From contig CBDCVR010000013.1 in assembly GCA_965223155.1 (NCBI GenBank), positions 640,001 through 704,000 of the forward strand: 64,000 nucleotides of DNA, given 5' to 3'. Positions 54,134-63,791 of this stretch are shown here, one piece after another. This stretch comes from Candidatus Multivoradales bacterium. Lineage in GTDB: Bacteria > Acidobacteriota > Thermoanaerobaculia > Multivoradales > JAHEKO01. The number at the start of each line of letters is the position of its first letter. Position 1 is the first letter of the stretch. A program made the translations under genes and the position numbers. Under the pieces are notes generated by a model that was not told where the DNA came from, did not search any database, and saw nothing but the letters and a program-made list of their open reading frames with translations.

Positions 54134-55882
54134 TCACCACGTTACCGGCGCATCCGCCGCCGACACCGTCTGTGGCGTGAAGTCGGACGCCTGGCCCTCC
54201 AGGCTGTACTCGTAGGCCCAGCGCGCCACGTTCGGCGCCTCGGTGCCCCAGTTGCCATGAGGCGGCGGCGAAGGCAGCGTCCATTCGAGCGTCGTCGCCT
54301 GCCAGGGATTCTCTTCCGCCCGCCTGCCGGCGAAGGCGCTCCAGGCGAAATTCACCAGGAAGATCAACTGCGCCGCCCCCAGCAAGAAGGCCGCGATCGT
54401 GATGAACATCGTGTAGCCGCCGATCCCCTCCAGGAAGTCGTACGAGATGAAGGCGTAGTAGCGCCGGGGCGTGCCGGCCAGGCCGACGAAGTGCTGAGTC
54501 AGAAACACGCAGTAGTACCCGACCAGGGTCATCCAGAAGTGGATCCTGCCCAGCCGGTCGTTCATCATGCGGCCGAACATCTTGGGAAACCAGAAGTAGA
54601 CCGCGGCGAAGGCGCCCAAGAGCGTCACGCCGCCGATCATGAAGTGGAAGTGGCCGACTACGAAGTACGAGTCGTGTAGCTGGATGTCGGCGGTCGCGTT
54701 GCCCAGAAACAGGCCGCCGAAGCCGCCTAGGCCGAAAAAGGCGATGAGGCCCAGGCAAAAGAGCATCGGGGTCGTGTAGCGGATCCTGCCCCCGTAGAGG
54801 CTGCCCAGCATGTTGACGCCGATGATCGCCGACGGAAACGTAATCACCAGGGTCGCGATCGAAAAATACTCGCCCACGAACGGGCTCATGCCGCTGACGA
54901 ACATGTGATGGCCCCAGACGATCATCGACATCCCGCCGATCGCGAGGTAGCTGATCCAGGTCAGCCGGTAGCCGAAGACCGGGCGGCGGGTCGAGCTCGC
55001 GACGATGTCGAAGACGATGCCCAGAGCCGGCAGGATCAGGACGTAGACCTCGGGATGACCCAGAAACCAGAAAAGATGCTGCCAGAGAAGCGGCGTGCCG
55101 CCAACGTTCGGCAGCAACTCGCCGCTGATGACGAGCCCGGACGGCAGAAAGAAGCTCGTACCGGCGTGCCGGTCAAAGAGCAACATCACCGCAGCGGCCG
55201 TCAGGGCCGGGAACGACAAGACGCCGACGATCGCCGAGACGAAGTACGCCCAGACCGTCAGCGGCATCCGGGTCATCGACATTCCCGGTGCCCGCAGCGA
55301 CAGCACGGTCGCGATTACGTTGAGCCCGGACATCGTGAACGACACGATGAAAAGAGCCATCGCCAGGATCCACAGGGTCTGCCCCATTCCCGAGCCGGGG
55401 ACAGCCTCCGGCACCGCGCTCAGTGGCGGGTAGGCCGTCCAGCCCGAGGCGGCGGCTCCTCCTTGGGCGAAAAACGACCCCACCATGACCAGCGCCGCGA
55501 CCAGGCCGATCCAGTAGGACAGCATGTTGATAAAGGGAAACGCCATGTCCCGCGCGCCGACGTGGAGCGGCACCAGGTAGTTGCCGAAGCCGCTCACCAG
55601 CACGTAGGAGATGAAGAAGAACACCATGATCGTGCCGTGCATGGTGACCAGCGACAGATAGAACTCGGGGGTCATGATCCCGGACAGCATGCCCTCGGGA
55701 AAAAGCTTCTCCAGAAGCGGCCAGGGCCGGCCCGGCCAGCTCAACTGCAAGCGCATGAGCATCGCCAGAAGCCCGCCCACGATCGCCATCAAGAACCCGG
55801 TGACGATGTACTGAATCCCGATCACCTTGTGATCGGTGCTGAACACGTACCGCCGCACAAATCCCAACTCGTGCTCGCTCAT
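54134..55882 (-). CDS. ctaD: cytochrome c oxidase subunit I, A1 type
   Basis: STDHKVIG, HGTIM, GWTAYPPL, GHPEVY, WGHHM, HFH. Confidence 0.96.
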   Translation of the reverse strand: MSEHELGFVRRYVFSTDHKVIGIQYIVTGFLMAIVGGLLAMLMRLQLSWPGRPWPLLEKLFPEGMLSGIMTPEFYLSLVTMHGTIMVFFFISYVLVSGFGNYLVPLHVGARDMAFPFINMLSYWIGLVAALVMVGSFFAQGGAAASGWTAYPPLSAVPEAVPGSGMGQTLWILAMALFIVSFTMSGLNVIATVLSLRAPGMSMTRMPLTVWAYFVSAIVGVLSFPALTAAAVMLLFDRHAGTSFFLPSGLVISGELLPNVGGTPLLWQHLFWFLGHPEVYVLILPALGIVFDIVASSTRRPVFGYRLTWISYLAIGGMSMIVWGHHMFVSGMSPFVGEYFSIATLVITFPSAIIGVNMLGSLYGGRIRYTTPMLFCLGLIAFFGLGGFGGLFLGNATADIQLHDSYFVVGHFHFMIGGVTLLGAFAAVYFWFPKMFGRMMNDRLGRIHFWMTLVGYYCVFLTQHFVGLAGTPRRYYAFISYDFLEGIGGYTMFITIAAFLLGAAQLIFLVNFAWSAFAGRRAEENPWQATTLEWTLPSPPPHGNWGTEAPNVARWAYEYSLEGQASDFTPQTVSAADAPVTW

Positions 55883-55918
55883 AACCTCTCCTGACGGTTT
55901 GCTCCGCGGCCAGCCGGG

Positions 55919-56737
55919 CTAACCACTCGCGCTCCTCTGCTCGGCTTCCCAAGCGGCGAACTCCGCGGCCGGCAAGACGTGCAGAAACGCCCGCATCCGG
56001 TAATGCCCGAGTCCGCACAGCTCGGTGCATGCCAGCTCGTACTTGCCGGCCCGGGTCGGCACGAACCAGACGTCGACCGCCATCCCCGGCACGGCATCCT
56101 GCTTGACCCGGAAGTGGGGCAAGAACAAGCTGTGAATCACATCCTTCGAGCGCAGGGTGATGTGGACCGCCCGGCCCTCCTCCACGTACATGTTGTTGAC
56201 GAACTGCCAGTCGTCGCGCCCGGAGGGATCATTGGGATCCAACCCGAGCGGGTTGGTCACGTCCATCAACTGCGGAAACGTCTTCCCGAACTCGCCATCC
56301 GAACCCGGATAGCGCATGTTCCAGGCGAACTGCTCGCCGGTCAGCTCGAGGCGCACCGCGTCCGCCGGCGGCTTGGCGGCGTAGAACTCCCGCCACGCCG
56401 ACATTCCCATCGCCAGGACGCCGCCCTCGGCAATCACCACGATCAGTAGGCCCAGCCCGATGGCCAAGCGCCGCTCGAGCTTCGCCGTCGCCTGCCGCGA
56501 GGTCACCCGATCGCTGCCGCCGAAACGCCAGATCAAGTAGCCCAGTACGGCGTGCCCGATGACCAGCATCGATCCCGTGGCGACCAGCAGATACTTGAGG
56601 GTGCGGTCGATACCGGCTCCGTGCCGCGAGAAAAGCGGCGGCAGCCACTCGCGCAAACCCAGCCACAGGGCTCCGACGGCGATCGCCCAAAACGCGACGG
56701 CAACCCAGCGCGAAGTTCCTGAATGTTCTTGAGGCAA
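55919..56737 (-). CDS. ctaC: cytochrome c oxidase subunit II (CuA)
   Basis: QFAW, DVIHS, CTELCGLGHYRM; TTG start at 56737 behind GGAGG. Confidence 0.93.
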   Translation of the reverse strand: MPQEHSGTSRWVAVAFWAIAVGALWLGLREWLPPLFSRHGAGIDRTLKYLLVATGSMLVIGHAVLGYLIWRFGGSDRVTSRQATAKLERRLAIGLGLLIVVIAEGGVLAMGMSAWREFYAAKPPADAVRLELTGEQFAWNMRYPGSDGEFGKTFPQLMDVTNPLGLDPNDPSGRDDWQFVNNMYVEEGRAVHITLRSKDVIHSLFLPHFRVKQDAVPGMAVDVWFVPTRAGKYELACTELCGLGHYRMRAFLHVLPAAEFAAWEAEQRSASG

Positions 56738-57290
56738 AGTCGTCCTCCGTCCCTGGCGGGCGTCTTCGATCCGAAGCGGCTTCGCAACCCGAATCCTGCG
56801 CCCAACTTGTTCTACTCCCACGCGGATCGTAGGCCACCCTCGGACGCGGGGCACCACCCGTTGGGGTGGGGGCCCGCCAGAGCAGAGAGCTTCCCTACCG
56901 GGGGCGGCCAGCGAGCGAAACGCCGGATCGAGGTGCGGCTGAGCCTCGCCTCGCGAGCACGCAAACCGGACGCGGCAGAGGAAAGCTAAGCTCGGGAAAC
57001 TCCAAAAGGCTCCGAGTCGAGCCCCGTACCGAGGGCCACCGGAACGTCTCCAGCCCGTTCCCTCCGACCCAACGAGCTCGCTCGGTGCTGGCAGCCGCCG
57101 AGCCGAGCTGACCCACGATTGACATCAAGCCCTCGGCTGACCGGATGAAGTGCTTCCTCCCCGACGTGCGAATCGGCAACTCGACCTACCGGGCGGTTCC
57201 CGGACAGTCGGCAGGACCGAACGCCGCAGCCCTCCGGCCTACCCAACCACGGGTCCCCGGCCTGCAGAATGCCCTCGGGACTCAGGCGAC

Positions 57291-57764
57291 CTACTCGACC
57301 GCGAGCGTGTCCTCGCTCATGCCGCCGCAACCGTTGTTCCTCCATGCCCGCGAGCAGCCGCCCGTGTAGCAGATGTCGCCCGAGAACTTCTCCGGCCCGA
57401 CGAGCTCGAACCACTCCGACACCACCGACTGGATCCGCTCGACGTCGGCCGCCTCCTCGGTGATCAGATACTTGGTCAGACCCCACCAGCTCTTGGCCAG
57501 ATTGCAGGGACAGCAGCAGGTATAGGCCGAGCGGTCCGAACAGCAAGGCGCCGGCATCGCCGTCAACGCCTCCTTCATCAAGGCGTCCTCGGCCTCGGTC
57601 AGAACGATCTCTCGATTCCACTCCAGAAACCGCTGGGCGTCCTCCGTCGGCGTCGTGAACTCGAACGCCGCCGCCGGCTGACTACAACCGGCCACCGAAC
57701 CCGCCAGGACCGCGAGCCCCAGACCGATGCCAAGAACCATCAAACGCACACGTCGAACAACCAT
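57291..57764 (-). CDS. Cys-rich putative lipoprotein
   Basis: AGGAGG RBS; lipobox-like VAGC; PCC, CCCPC, CYTGGC, GCGG. Confidence 0.78.
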   Translation of the reverse strand: MVVRRVRLMVLGIGLGLAVLAGSVAGCSQPAAAFEFTTPTEDAQRFLEWNREIVLTEAEDALMKEALTAMPAPCCSDRSAYTCCCPCNLAKSWWGLTKYLITEEAADVERIQSVVSEWFELVGPEKFSGDICYTGGCSRAWRNNGCGGMSEDTLAVE

Positions 57765-58054
57765 CGGACTACCTCCTACGCGCCTAGTCTACAGCCGCCG
57801 CTCCCCCTCCGGCACCACCGTTCCGGGCGGGCCGGCGGCCCGCGCCGAGGCCGGGCTTGCGGACTGGCTCGGCACCGGCAACTCGCGCCGAGACCGGGCT
57901 TGCCGGCCGGCGGCCCAGCACCGGCACCATCGGTTCCGTCAAACCTGCGGTCCTTGCCAAGGCTGAGCTTGCTAGGCCAGGAGTCACCGGTGCCAAGCGA
58001 ATCGAATCCCAATCGAGACCCCCGGCCCTCCCCGCCAGCCCCACCACCGAACCC

Positions 58055-58083
58055 TTGCCGTTTCCCCCGCGACTGCCTACAAT
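58055..58083 (+). promoter_or_regulatory. sigma70-type promoter for tRNA-Thr
   Basis: TTGCCG-17 bp-TACAAT, 36 nt upstream of the tRNA. Confidence 0.75.
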
Positions 58084-58119
58084 CTCCCTCCCACTCGCCG
58101 GCCCCCAACCGGCACCCGA

Positions 58120-58195
58120 GCCGACGTAGCTCAGCTGGTAGAGCAGCTGATTCGTAATCAGCAGGTCAGCGGTTCGAGTCCGCTCGTCGGCTCCA
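58120..58195 (+). tRNA. tRNA-Thr(CGT)
   Basis: GCCGACG acceptor stem, anticodon arm GCTGA-TTCGTAA-TCAGC, GGTTCGAGTCC, encoded CCA. Confidence 0.97.
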
Positions 58196-58354
58196 GATAA
58201 CACCCCAAAGAATCAGCTACTTACGAGCAGTCGCCGACCCAAGAGACGCCAGTCCCGGCGCACGCTCACCCCGTACTTTCAACACGTCCAGTAGCGACCA
58301 TCAGACGAGCAGATGAAACTCTCACACCCAACGCAATACCTTTCGGAGGCCAGT

Positions 58355-59356
58355 TCAACCTGATTCAAGATCCTCCGGCACGAGGCGGCGCACGCCTGCA
58401 AACCCCTTCGCCTTCTTGAAGTCCATCCGGTGAACGAAGTTCTCCAGAGAATCGGACGGGTCGATCAGCTCCAGATTGAGGCCACGGATCGTTTCCCGGG
58501 ACACAGCTACCGAGAGAATCGGTGTCTCTTCGAGATGCCCAACCTTGGTGTTGAGCAGCTTGTCCACGGCCGTAACGAACGCCAGTTCAATCGGCAGGAT
58601 CGCGAATAGCTCGTTGGCAACGCGCAAGACGCAGCTGCACACGTAATCTTGGTACAACTCGAAGAACTTGCCCTTCGGCATCTGCTTCACGGACAAGCGG
58701 CCACTCTTGAGGAGGCTCTTGGTCTCCTTGGGAACAGCATCCTCGCCGTGAACGTGAAGCGTCGCTTCGATCGCTCCCGAGCCCCCAACCTCGAACGCTA
58801 GACGCGCGCCGAGTTCGCTTATGTCGGAGAAGGGGCCTAGCTTCTCAATGGCTTCCAGCATTGCCTCTGGTTCAGTCGCCAGAATCCGTACGGCCAGATC
58901 ACGGCCTTCCTTCCAGTCTCGATGCTCTTCACGCCAGCTTCGCAGCGCAGCTCGATATCTCGCTTCGTCGATCTGAATCGCCTTCTCAACCTCCTCGCCT
59001 AGCCAGGAGCGCTTCTTCTGCTCTCGCTTCATCGTTCGATCTAACAGCCCCGGCTGGTAGTCCTCCAGTTCTTTGCGTGCTGCTTGCTCGGCAACGGACT
59101 GCCGCACTGGCTCAGTCGGCTCCACTGCTGCGGCCATGGCATTCCAGTCCAGGGTCGGACTGCGCTCCTTGTGGACCGATAAGAGAAGCTGGATCCGGTT
59201 CTCGTGCACGTCAACTTCGTACGCGGCTCGCTCGAGCTCTTGCATCCGTTCGTACTCTTTCGTCTGTCGTTCGAGCTCGCGCTGCCGGCGCTGAGCATCT
59301 CGCTCTGCTTGGCGGTAGGCGGCCTGAACTGAGCGCAGTGTTCCCTTCCAGCCCAT
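58355..59356 (-). CDS. hypothetical protein resembling the non-catalytic part of DUF4236-associated / Mrr-fused proteins
   Basis: Coiled-coil N-terminus; LKSGRLSVKQMPKGKFFELYQDYVCSCVLRVANELFAILP...GHLEETPILSV. Confidence 0.7.
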   Translation of the reverse strand: MGWKGTLRSVQAAYRQAERDAQRRQRELERQTKEYERMQELERAAYEVDVHENRIQLLLSVHKERSPTLDWNAMAAAVEPTEPVRQSVAEQAARKELEDYQPGLLDRTMKREQKKRSWLGEEVEKAIQIDEARYRAALRSWREEHRDWKEGRDLAVRILATEPEAMLEAIEKLGPFSDISELGARLAFEVGGSGAIEATLHVHGEDAVPKETKSLLKSGRLSVKQMPKGKFFELYQDYVCSCVLRVANELFAILPIELAFVTAVDKLLNTKVGHLEETPILSVAVSRETIRGLNLELIDPSDSLENFVHRMDFKKAKGFAGVRRLVPEDLESG

Positions 59357-59666
59357 GCGACATTGACCTCCAGTGGGGCGGTCAACGTGCCGACGCCCCT
59401 GACTCCGGGCGAACGGACGCCGATCAGCACACCTTCAATGGGTCAGCTATTGCGTCAGCCTATCAACCTGGGTTGCTGGCGGTCCACTTCGCTCCTCCGA
59501 TGGTGAGTAATGCCGCTGAGTGCCTAGCCGGGTACCCGGCCAGACCAAATCCCACCCATTTGGAAGACGTCAACTACTGACGGGTTCTCCCGAAGAGGGC
59601 TGCACCTCTCGTACCTCTGGCCCCGAGAGTTGAGGTTCGGGGATACCATCTTGGCGGTGGTACAAG

Positions 59667-62600
59667 ATGCCAAGAACTGAGCTAGCTGTTCATCCCTTGC
59701 TACAAGGCTGCATTTCCGAGAATTCGTCGGGCAGCCGGAGTTTGCCCGCTCGTTGGGTCTCCGAAACGGCCCGACTTGGCCGGGCTACCCATTGGGTGCT
59801 CGGGGTCGCAATCGTACTCGCGCTGTTCGGACACCTTCTCGGCGCAGTTCCGGCCCAATCGCTCGCATCCGATTTCAAGGCTCTGCGCGAGCAAGTCAAG
59901 AAGACGCACCTCGATACGTCGAACGCCGTTTCGGCCTCTGGTCTCAAGCTTAGGGCGGGGCCCGCACAAATTTCGTTGCGCTCCGGAATTCTGGTGCCTG
60001 CGACGCCCGTCGGAGGAGAGGTTCGCGAGTTGGTCTTCCTCGGTGAGGGCCTAGTCGAGCTTGCAGCCGCCAACAGCATCGAGGCCCAGCAGCTCGAACT
60101 CTTTACAGGGGCAGAGGCAGTCGAAGAGGAGATCTCCTCTGCCGTCCTTGTCGTCGCCAAGAACCCTGCCTTGAGAGAGCTGCTCCGGAGGGAGCCGCCG
60201 AGTGCCGTTGCTCCGAGTGAACTTGCTGAAGCCCAGGCCCTGTTTTCTGCCTGGCAGACCAGCGGTGAGCGGCGGTTGCTACAGGTGGAATCGGTGGTCC
60301 TAGCCGACGCTCTGCATGATCGTTTTGCTGCCAGCTACTTTGCTGGATGGTTCGAAAGCGAGGATCTCGGCAAGTTCCTCTACGTTTTTGACCCTGGGGC
60401 CTATGAGCAAGTCTTGATGGGCCAGTTTGTCGCCCTCGAGCGATCCGACAAGGAAAAGAGGAAGCTGACTCGTCGAATCGCAAAAGAGCAACGCCAGGGG
60501 CGCTTCCTCGGACTCGAACTCGGCGATCTTGGCCAATGGGATACCTGGACCTCGGCGGCCCTTGCAAGGAACGGAGAAGTCCACCACGGCGGCAGCCCCG
60601 TCGATGTACTGCACTATTCGATCCACTTGTCGGTGGAGCCCCGCACACTGGTACTTCAGGCGGTCGCTCGCATCGAGCTTCGATCGCTGGCCAGCGGCGC
60701 CAGACTCTTGCCGTTTGCTCTACAACGCGACCTGCGCGTCGAAAGCGTGCGCGCAGGCTCCGCGGACGATGTGCCATTCCTCCAGCAAGGAGATCAACTT
60801 TCCGTCTACTTGCCCGAAGGAACGAAAGCCGGCGAACAGCATTCTCTCGAGATCTCGTATCGAGGCGTGCTGGTCGAGGAAGTCGAACGGGCTCGGGTCC
60901 TGACCACCACAATGGGCTGGTATCCAAGAGGCGACGAGACCGACCAGGCTACGTTCGATGTGACGCTGCGCTGGCCTGATCGGCTCGACCTTCTGGGTTG
61001 CGGCCAAGTCGTGGACAAGGGGCGGAGCGGAGGACAGCGCTGGGAACGCCGCAAGACGACTCGGCCCGTCCTCGGTTTTACATTCGAAATCGGCCGTTTT
61101 GAAACGCTAGAAACCAACGCCGGCCACATCAAGGTGACGGTCGGCTTTGACCCGACCTCCGCCTCTGTCATCAAACCCGACACTCGCCAAGAACTCCTGA
61201 ACACACTGCGGGACGCCCTCCTCTACTACCAGGAGGTCATCGGGCCGTATCCGTTCGACAGCCTCGTCGCAGTCTCATCTCCGCGCTGGTTTTCTCAGTC
61301 GTTGCCAGGTTTCATAACACTCTCCACCGCTATGGTTGCCGACGACGTCTGGCTGCGCTTGATGAGAGGTTCTGACGCTCGAGCCACCGTGGCTCATGAG
61401 GTGGCGCATCAGTGGTGGGGACACCTGATCGGTTGGGAGGGGTACCGCGATCAATGGTTGAGCGAAGCGCTAGCGGAGTGGTCGGCACTTGCTTTCGCCC
61501 GAAACCGCCTCAAGTCAAGAGCCGCGGGGCCCCTTCGAGGCTGGAAATCATCGCTACTCGCTCTGTCCGAGGACGGACGTCCCGTGGAGTCGCTAGGGCC
61601 GGTCGTGCTCGGGGCGCGACTCGATTCCAGCCGGTCGCCGGGGGCCTATTCAGCGATTGTCTACAGCAAGGGTGCCGTCGTAATCGACATGCTGGCCAAG
61701 CAGTTCGGAGAGGAGACGTTCCTGAGGATACTCACGTCCTTGATCAAGGGACTCGGCGGCAGGAAACTCTCGACCAAGGACTTCTTCGACGCCATCGAGC
61801 GAATAAGCGACCACGACCTGACTAGCTTCACACGACAATACGTCTACGGCACCGGCATTCCACAGGTCTACTACGACTATTCAATACTGAAGACGCAGCA
61901 AGGCTGGCGTATCGAGGGTGAAGCGACCCAAGTGCCGAGCTACCGGTTGGACTACAAGATCGTCGAGCTGGGCCGAGGCTACTCCCTCGCCCGCGAGCGC
62001 ATTGATCTGATCGATACCGAGGATTCGAGAATGGTCGTTCCGGTTCAGGTAAGCGTCCTGGATCCCTCACAATCACTACGTGATGGGCAACCCGAGCGTG
62101 GCAATGTGGTCATGGTTACGACACTGCACCTCAAGGGCCCCACGACTCCAATTGAGCTAGACCTTGCGCTCGAACCCAAGCATGTCTGGCTGGATGGTCT
62201 TTCCGAGGTTCTTGGAAGGTTCGTTAACAATAAGCGCGACCCGAAGAAGGTTCTTTACTACCAAGGGCTGCAGTTCGCCGCTTCGGGTCAAACCGCGGAA
62301 GCCGAGGCAAAGTTCCGACAAGCGCTCAGGGTAGAGTCCATGCCGGGACCAACCCTCCAAGGTGAACCAATCAGCGAGAAGGCGGCAAGGCTCGATGGCC
62401 TCGGCACCGACTCGGACATCAACTACTCACTGTGCCGCCTCTACCTGGACGCCGGTCGAATCGATGCAGCGGAGCGGGCGCTCGAACTCGGCAACGACCT
62501 CGACCGCAGGTACGACAAGCTGAGCTTGGGCATCCCCGGTCGACCGGCTTTCGCTGATGTCCTCGAGGCTAGGATAGCCCTCCGCCGCGGCGCGGCCGAG

Positions 62601-62771
62601 CAGGCGTTCCAGCTCCTCAACCGCGTCGTCAGGAAGCGACGGAGGATCAGCAACCGCGAGTCTCTAATGGCGTTGGCAATCGCCGCGAAGGCAACCAAGC
62701 GTAGCGAGGTTCTGGCGGAGGCCTTAGACCTCGCCGAGAAGATGGGCGGGGACGTTTCGGTGTTGCGATAG
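59667..62771 (+). CDS. M1-family zinc metallopeptidase with TPR-like C-terminus
   Basis: VAHEVAHQWWG...WLSEALAE (HEXXH-18-E), IVYSKG; true start may lie slightly downstream. Confidence 0.88.
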   Translation: MPRTELAVHPLLQGCISENSSGSRSLPARWVSETARLGRATHWVLGVAIVLALFGHLLGAVPAQSLASDFKALREQVKKTHLDTSNAVSASGLKLRAGPAQISLRSGILVPATPVGGEVRELVFLGEGLVELAAANSIEAQQLELFTGAEAVEEEISSAVLVVAKNPALRELLRREPPSAVAPSELAEAQALFSAWQTSGERRLLQVESVVLADALHDRFAASYFAGWFESEDLGKFLYVFDPGAYEQVLMGQFVALERSDKEKRKLTRRIAKEQRQGRFLGLELGDLGQWDTWTSAALARNGEVHHGGSPVDVLHYSIHLSVEPRTLVLQAVARIELRSLASGARLLPFALQRDLRVESVRAGSADDVPFLQQGDQLSVYLPEGTKAGEQHSLEISYRGVLVEEVERARVLTTTMGWYPRGDETDQATFDVTLRWPDRLDLLGCGQVVDKGRSGGQRWERRKTTRPVLGFTFEIGRFETLETNAGHIKVTVGFDPTSASVIKPDTRQELLNTLRDALLYYQEVIGPYPFDSLVAVSSPRWFSQSLPGFITLSTAMVADDVWLRLMRGSDARATVAHEVAHQWWGHLIGWEGYRDQWLSEALAEWSALAFARNRLKSRAAGPLRGWKSSLLALSEDGRPVESLGPVVLGARLDSSRSPGAYSAIVYSKGAVVIDMLAKQFGEETFLRILTSLIKGLGGRKLSTKDFFDAIERISDHDLTSFTRQYVYGTGIPQVYYDYSILKTQQGWRIEGEATQVPSYRLDYKIVELGRGYSLARERIDLIDTEDSRMVVPVQVSVLDPSQSLRDGQPERGNVVMVTTLHLKGPTTPIELDLALEPKHVWLDGLSEVLGRFVNNKRDPKKVLYYQGLQFAASGQTAEAEAKFRQALRVESMPGPTLQGEPISEKAARLDGLGTDSDINYSLCRLYLDAGRIDAAERALELGNDLDRRYDKLSLGIPGRPAFADVLEARIALRRGAAEQAFQLLNRVVRKRRRISNRESLMALAIAAKATKRSEVLAEALDLAEKMGGDVSVLR

Positions 62772-62840
62772 GCGACGCGCCCTCGCCCTGCTACCGAGCG
62801 GGCTCCGAGATCGCCCGGAAGGGCCCCAGGCCAAGGTTCT

Positions 62841-63017
62841 ACCCACTTCGGAAACGCCAATTGCTGATTAGCATTCAGGTAGAGGGTGGGACCTCTAGAG
62901 AGAGCTCGAGAGACTAGTGCGCCGCAGTAGATGGCTCGACAACACCACCCGCGGACTTCCCGGGACGTTTCCGCGGAAACGTTTCTGACGGTGGGCCAGC
63001 CGAGATCGCGGCCAGTC
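62841..63017. repeat. 177-bp direct repeat, copy 1
   Basis: Matches 63573-63749 with 2 mismatches; contains the perfect 18-bp palindrome ACGTTTCCGCGGAAACGT at 62965-62982. Confidence 0.95.
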
Positions 63018-63043
63018 CAGCTCGCGGTCATCTTGGCTCGTTA

Positions 63044-63375
63044 CTACCTATACACGGTCTCCGCGTGCCACCCCAAGAGCTCGCGGCAGGGCCTCTCGTC
63101 CAGACGAGGCGGAATCCATTGCTCGCGACCATCGAACGGGCAGGACGGCTCACCGTTGTCGAAGTCGGCTTGCAAGTGATGGCTCACGGGAATCCGGTCG
63201 TCTGGCGACAGAGCCACGTAGCCGGCATCGAACAAGCGTGAACATCAGATCGTGGCAGTAGGCCGTTCTCGACCAGATGTCGCCCGCCATCCTTGACCGA
63301 GCGAATGTGCGCAGCTTCTAGAGCGGGCAGGGCTCTTTCGCCTGGCACCGCGCAATAGCGCAATGTCGCTCGTAG
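63044..63375 (-). pseudogene. HNH (HNH_2-type restriction-like) endonuclease remnant
   Basis: CAVPGERALPALEAAHIR...VENGLLPRSDVH, then a 1-nt frameshift near 63237 into LFDAGYV...FDNG...LGWHAETVYR; N-terminal part absent. Confidence 0.82.
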
Positions 63376-63572
63376 GTATCGATAATGACAGTCGATCGGA
63401 CCGAACATAGCAGCTGGTGACTCGGTGACAGGCTACTCATTTCCCGGAAGCCTCGACAGATTCGTTTGAAGGAGGATCTGGGGGCACAGGACGGTGTGCT
63501 CCACGAATTGAGTAGCCTGTCACCACTTTGGTCGCACGTGGCGCCCCCCAGGCCCCCCCAGGCCTACGTACC

Positions 63573-63749
63573 ACCCACTTCGGAAACGCCAATTGCTGAT
63601 TAGCATTCAGGCAGAGGGTGGGACCTCTAGAGAGAGCTCGAGAGACTAGTGCGCCGCAGTAGATGGCTCGACAACACCACCCGCGGACTTCCCGGGACGT
63701 TTCCGCGGAAACGTTTCTGACGGTGCGCCAGCCGAGATCGCGGCCAGTC
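63573..63749. repeat. 177-bp direct repeat, copy 2
   Basis: Offset 732 bp from copy 1; palindrome at 63697-63714. Confidence 0.95.
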
Positions 63750-63791
63750 GACAGGGACAAGGCCCGGAGCGTCCACAACGGTCCAATCGGT

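Noticed and set aside
56738-57290. ncRNA (RNase P, SRP, tmRNA, riboswitch) or FNR box (ACGAT-TGAC-ATCAA at 57115-57128) upstream of ctaC
   Set aside because: No diagnostic ncRNA motifs found by eye; the FNR-like site has only one good half and lies about 380 bp from the start codon
62855-62985. Cloning-vector polylinker contamination
   Set aside because: Sites are interspersed with non-vector sequence, occur in two slightly diverged copies in genomic context, and no vector backbone is present
62841-63749. CRISPR array, integron attC sites, or HEARO/omega RNA with an IscB-type nuclease
   Set aside because: Units are far too long for CRISPR with no cas genes; no RYYYAAC/GTTRRRY boxes or integrase; the nuclease remnant is HNH_2-type with no RuvC/PLMP motifs
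63437-63778. ORFs 63437..63778 and 62441..63031 as duplicated genes
   Set aside because: Their shared peptide only reflects the DNA repeat; no RBS or coding signature, and their ends differ
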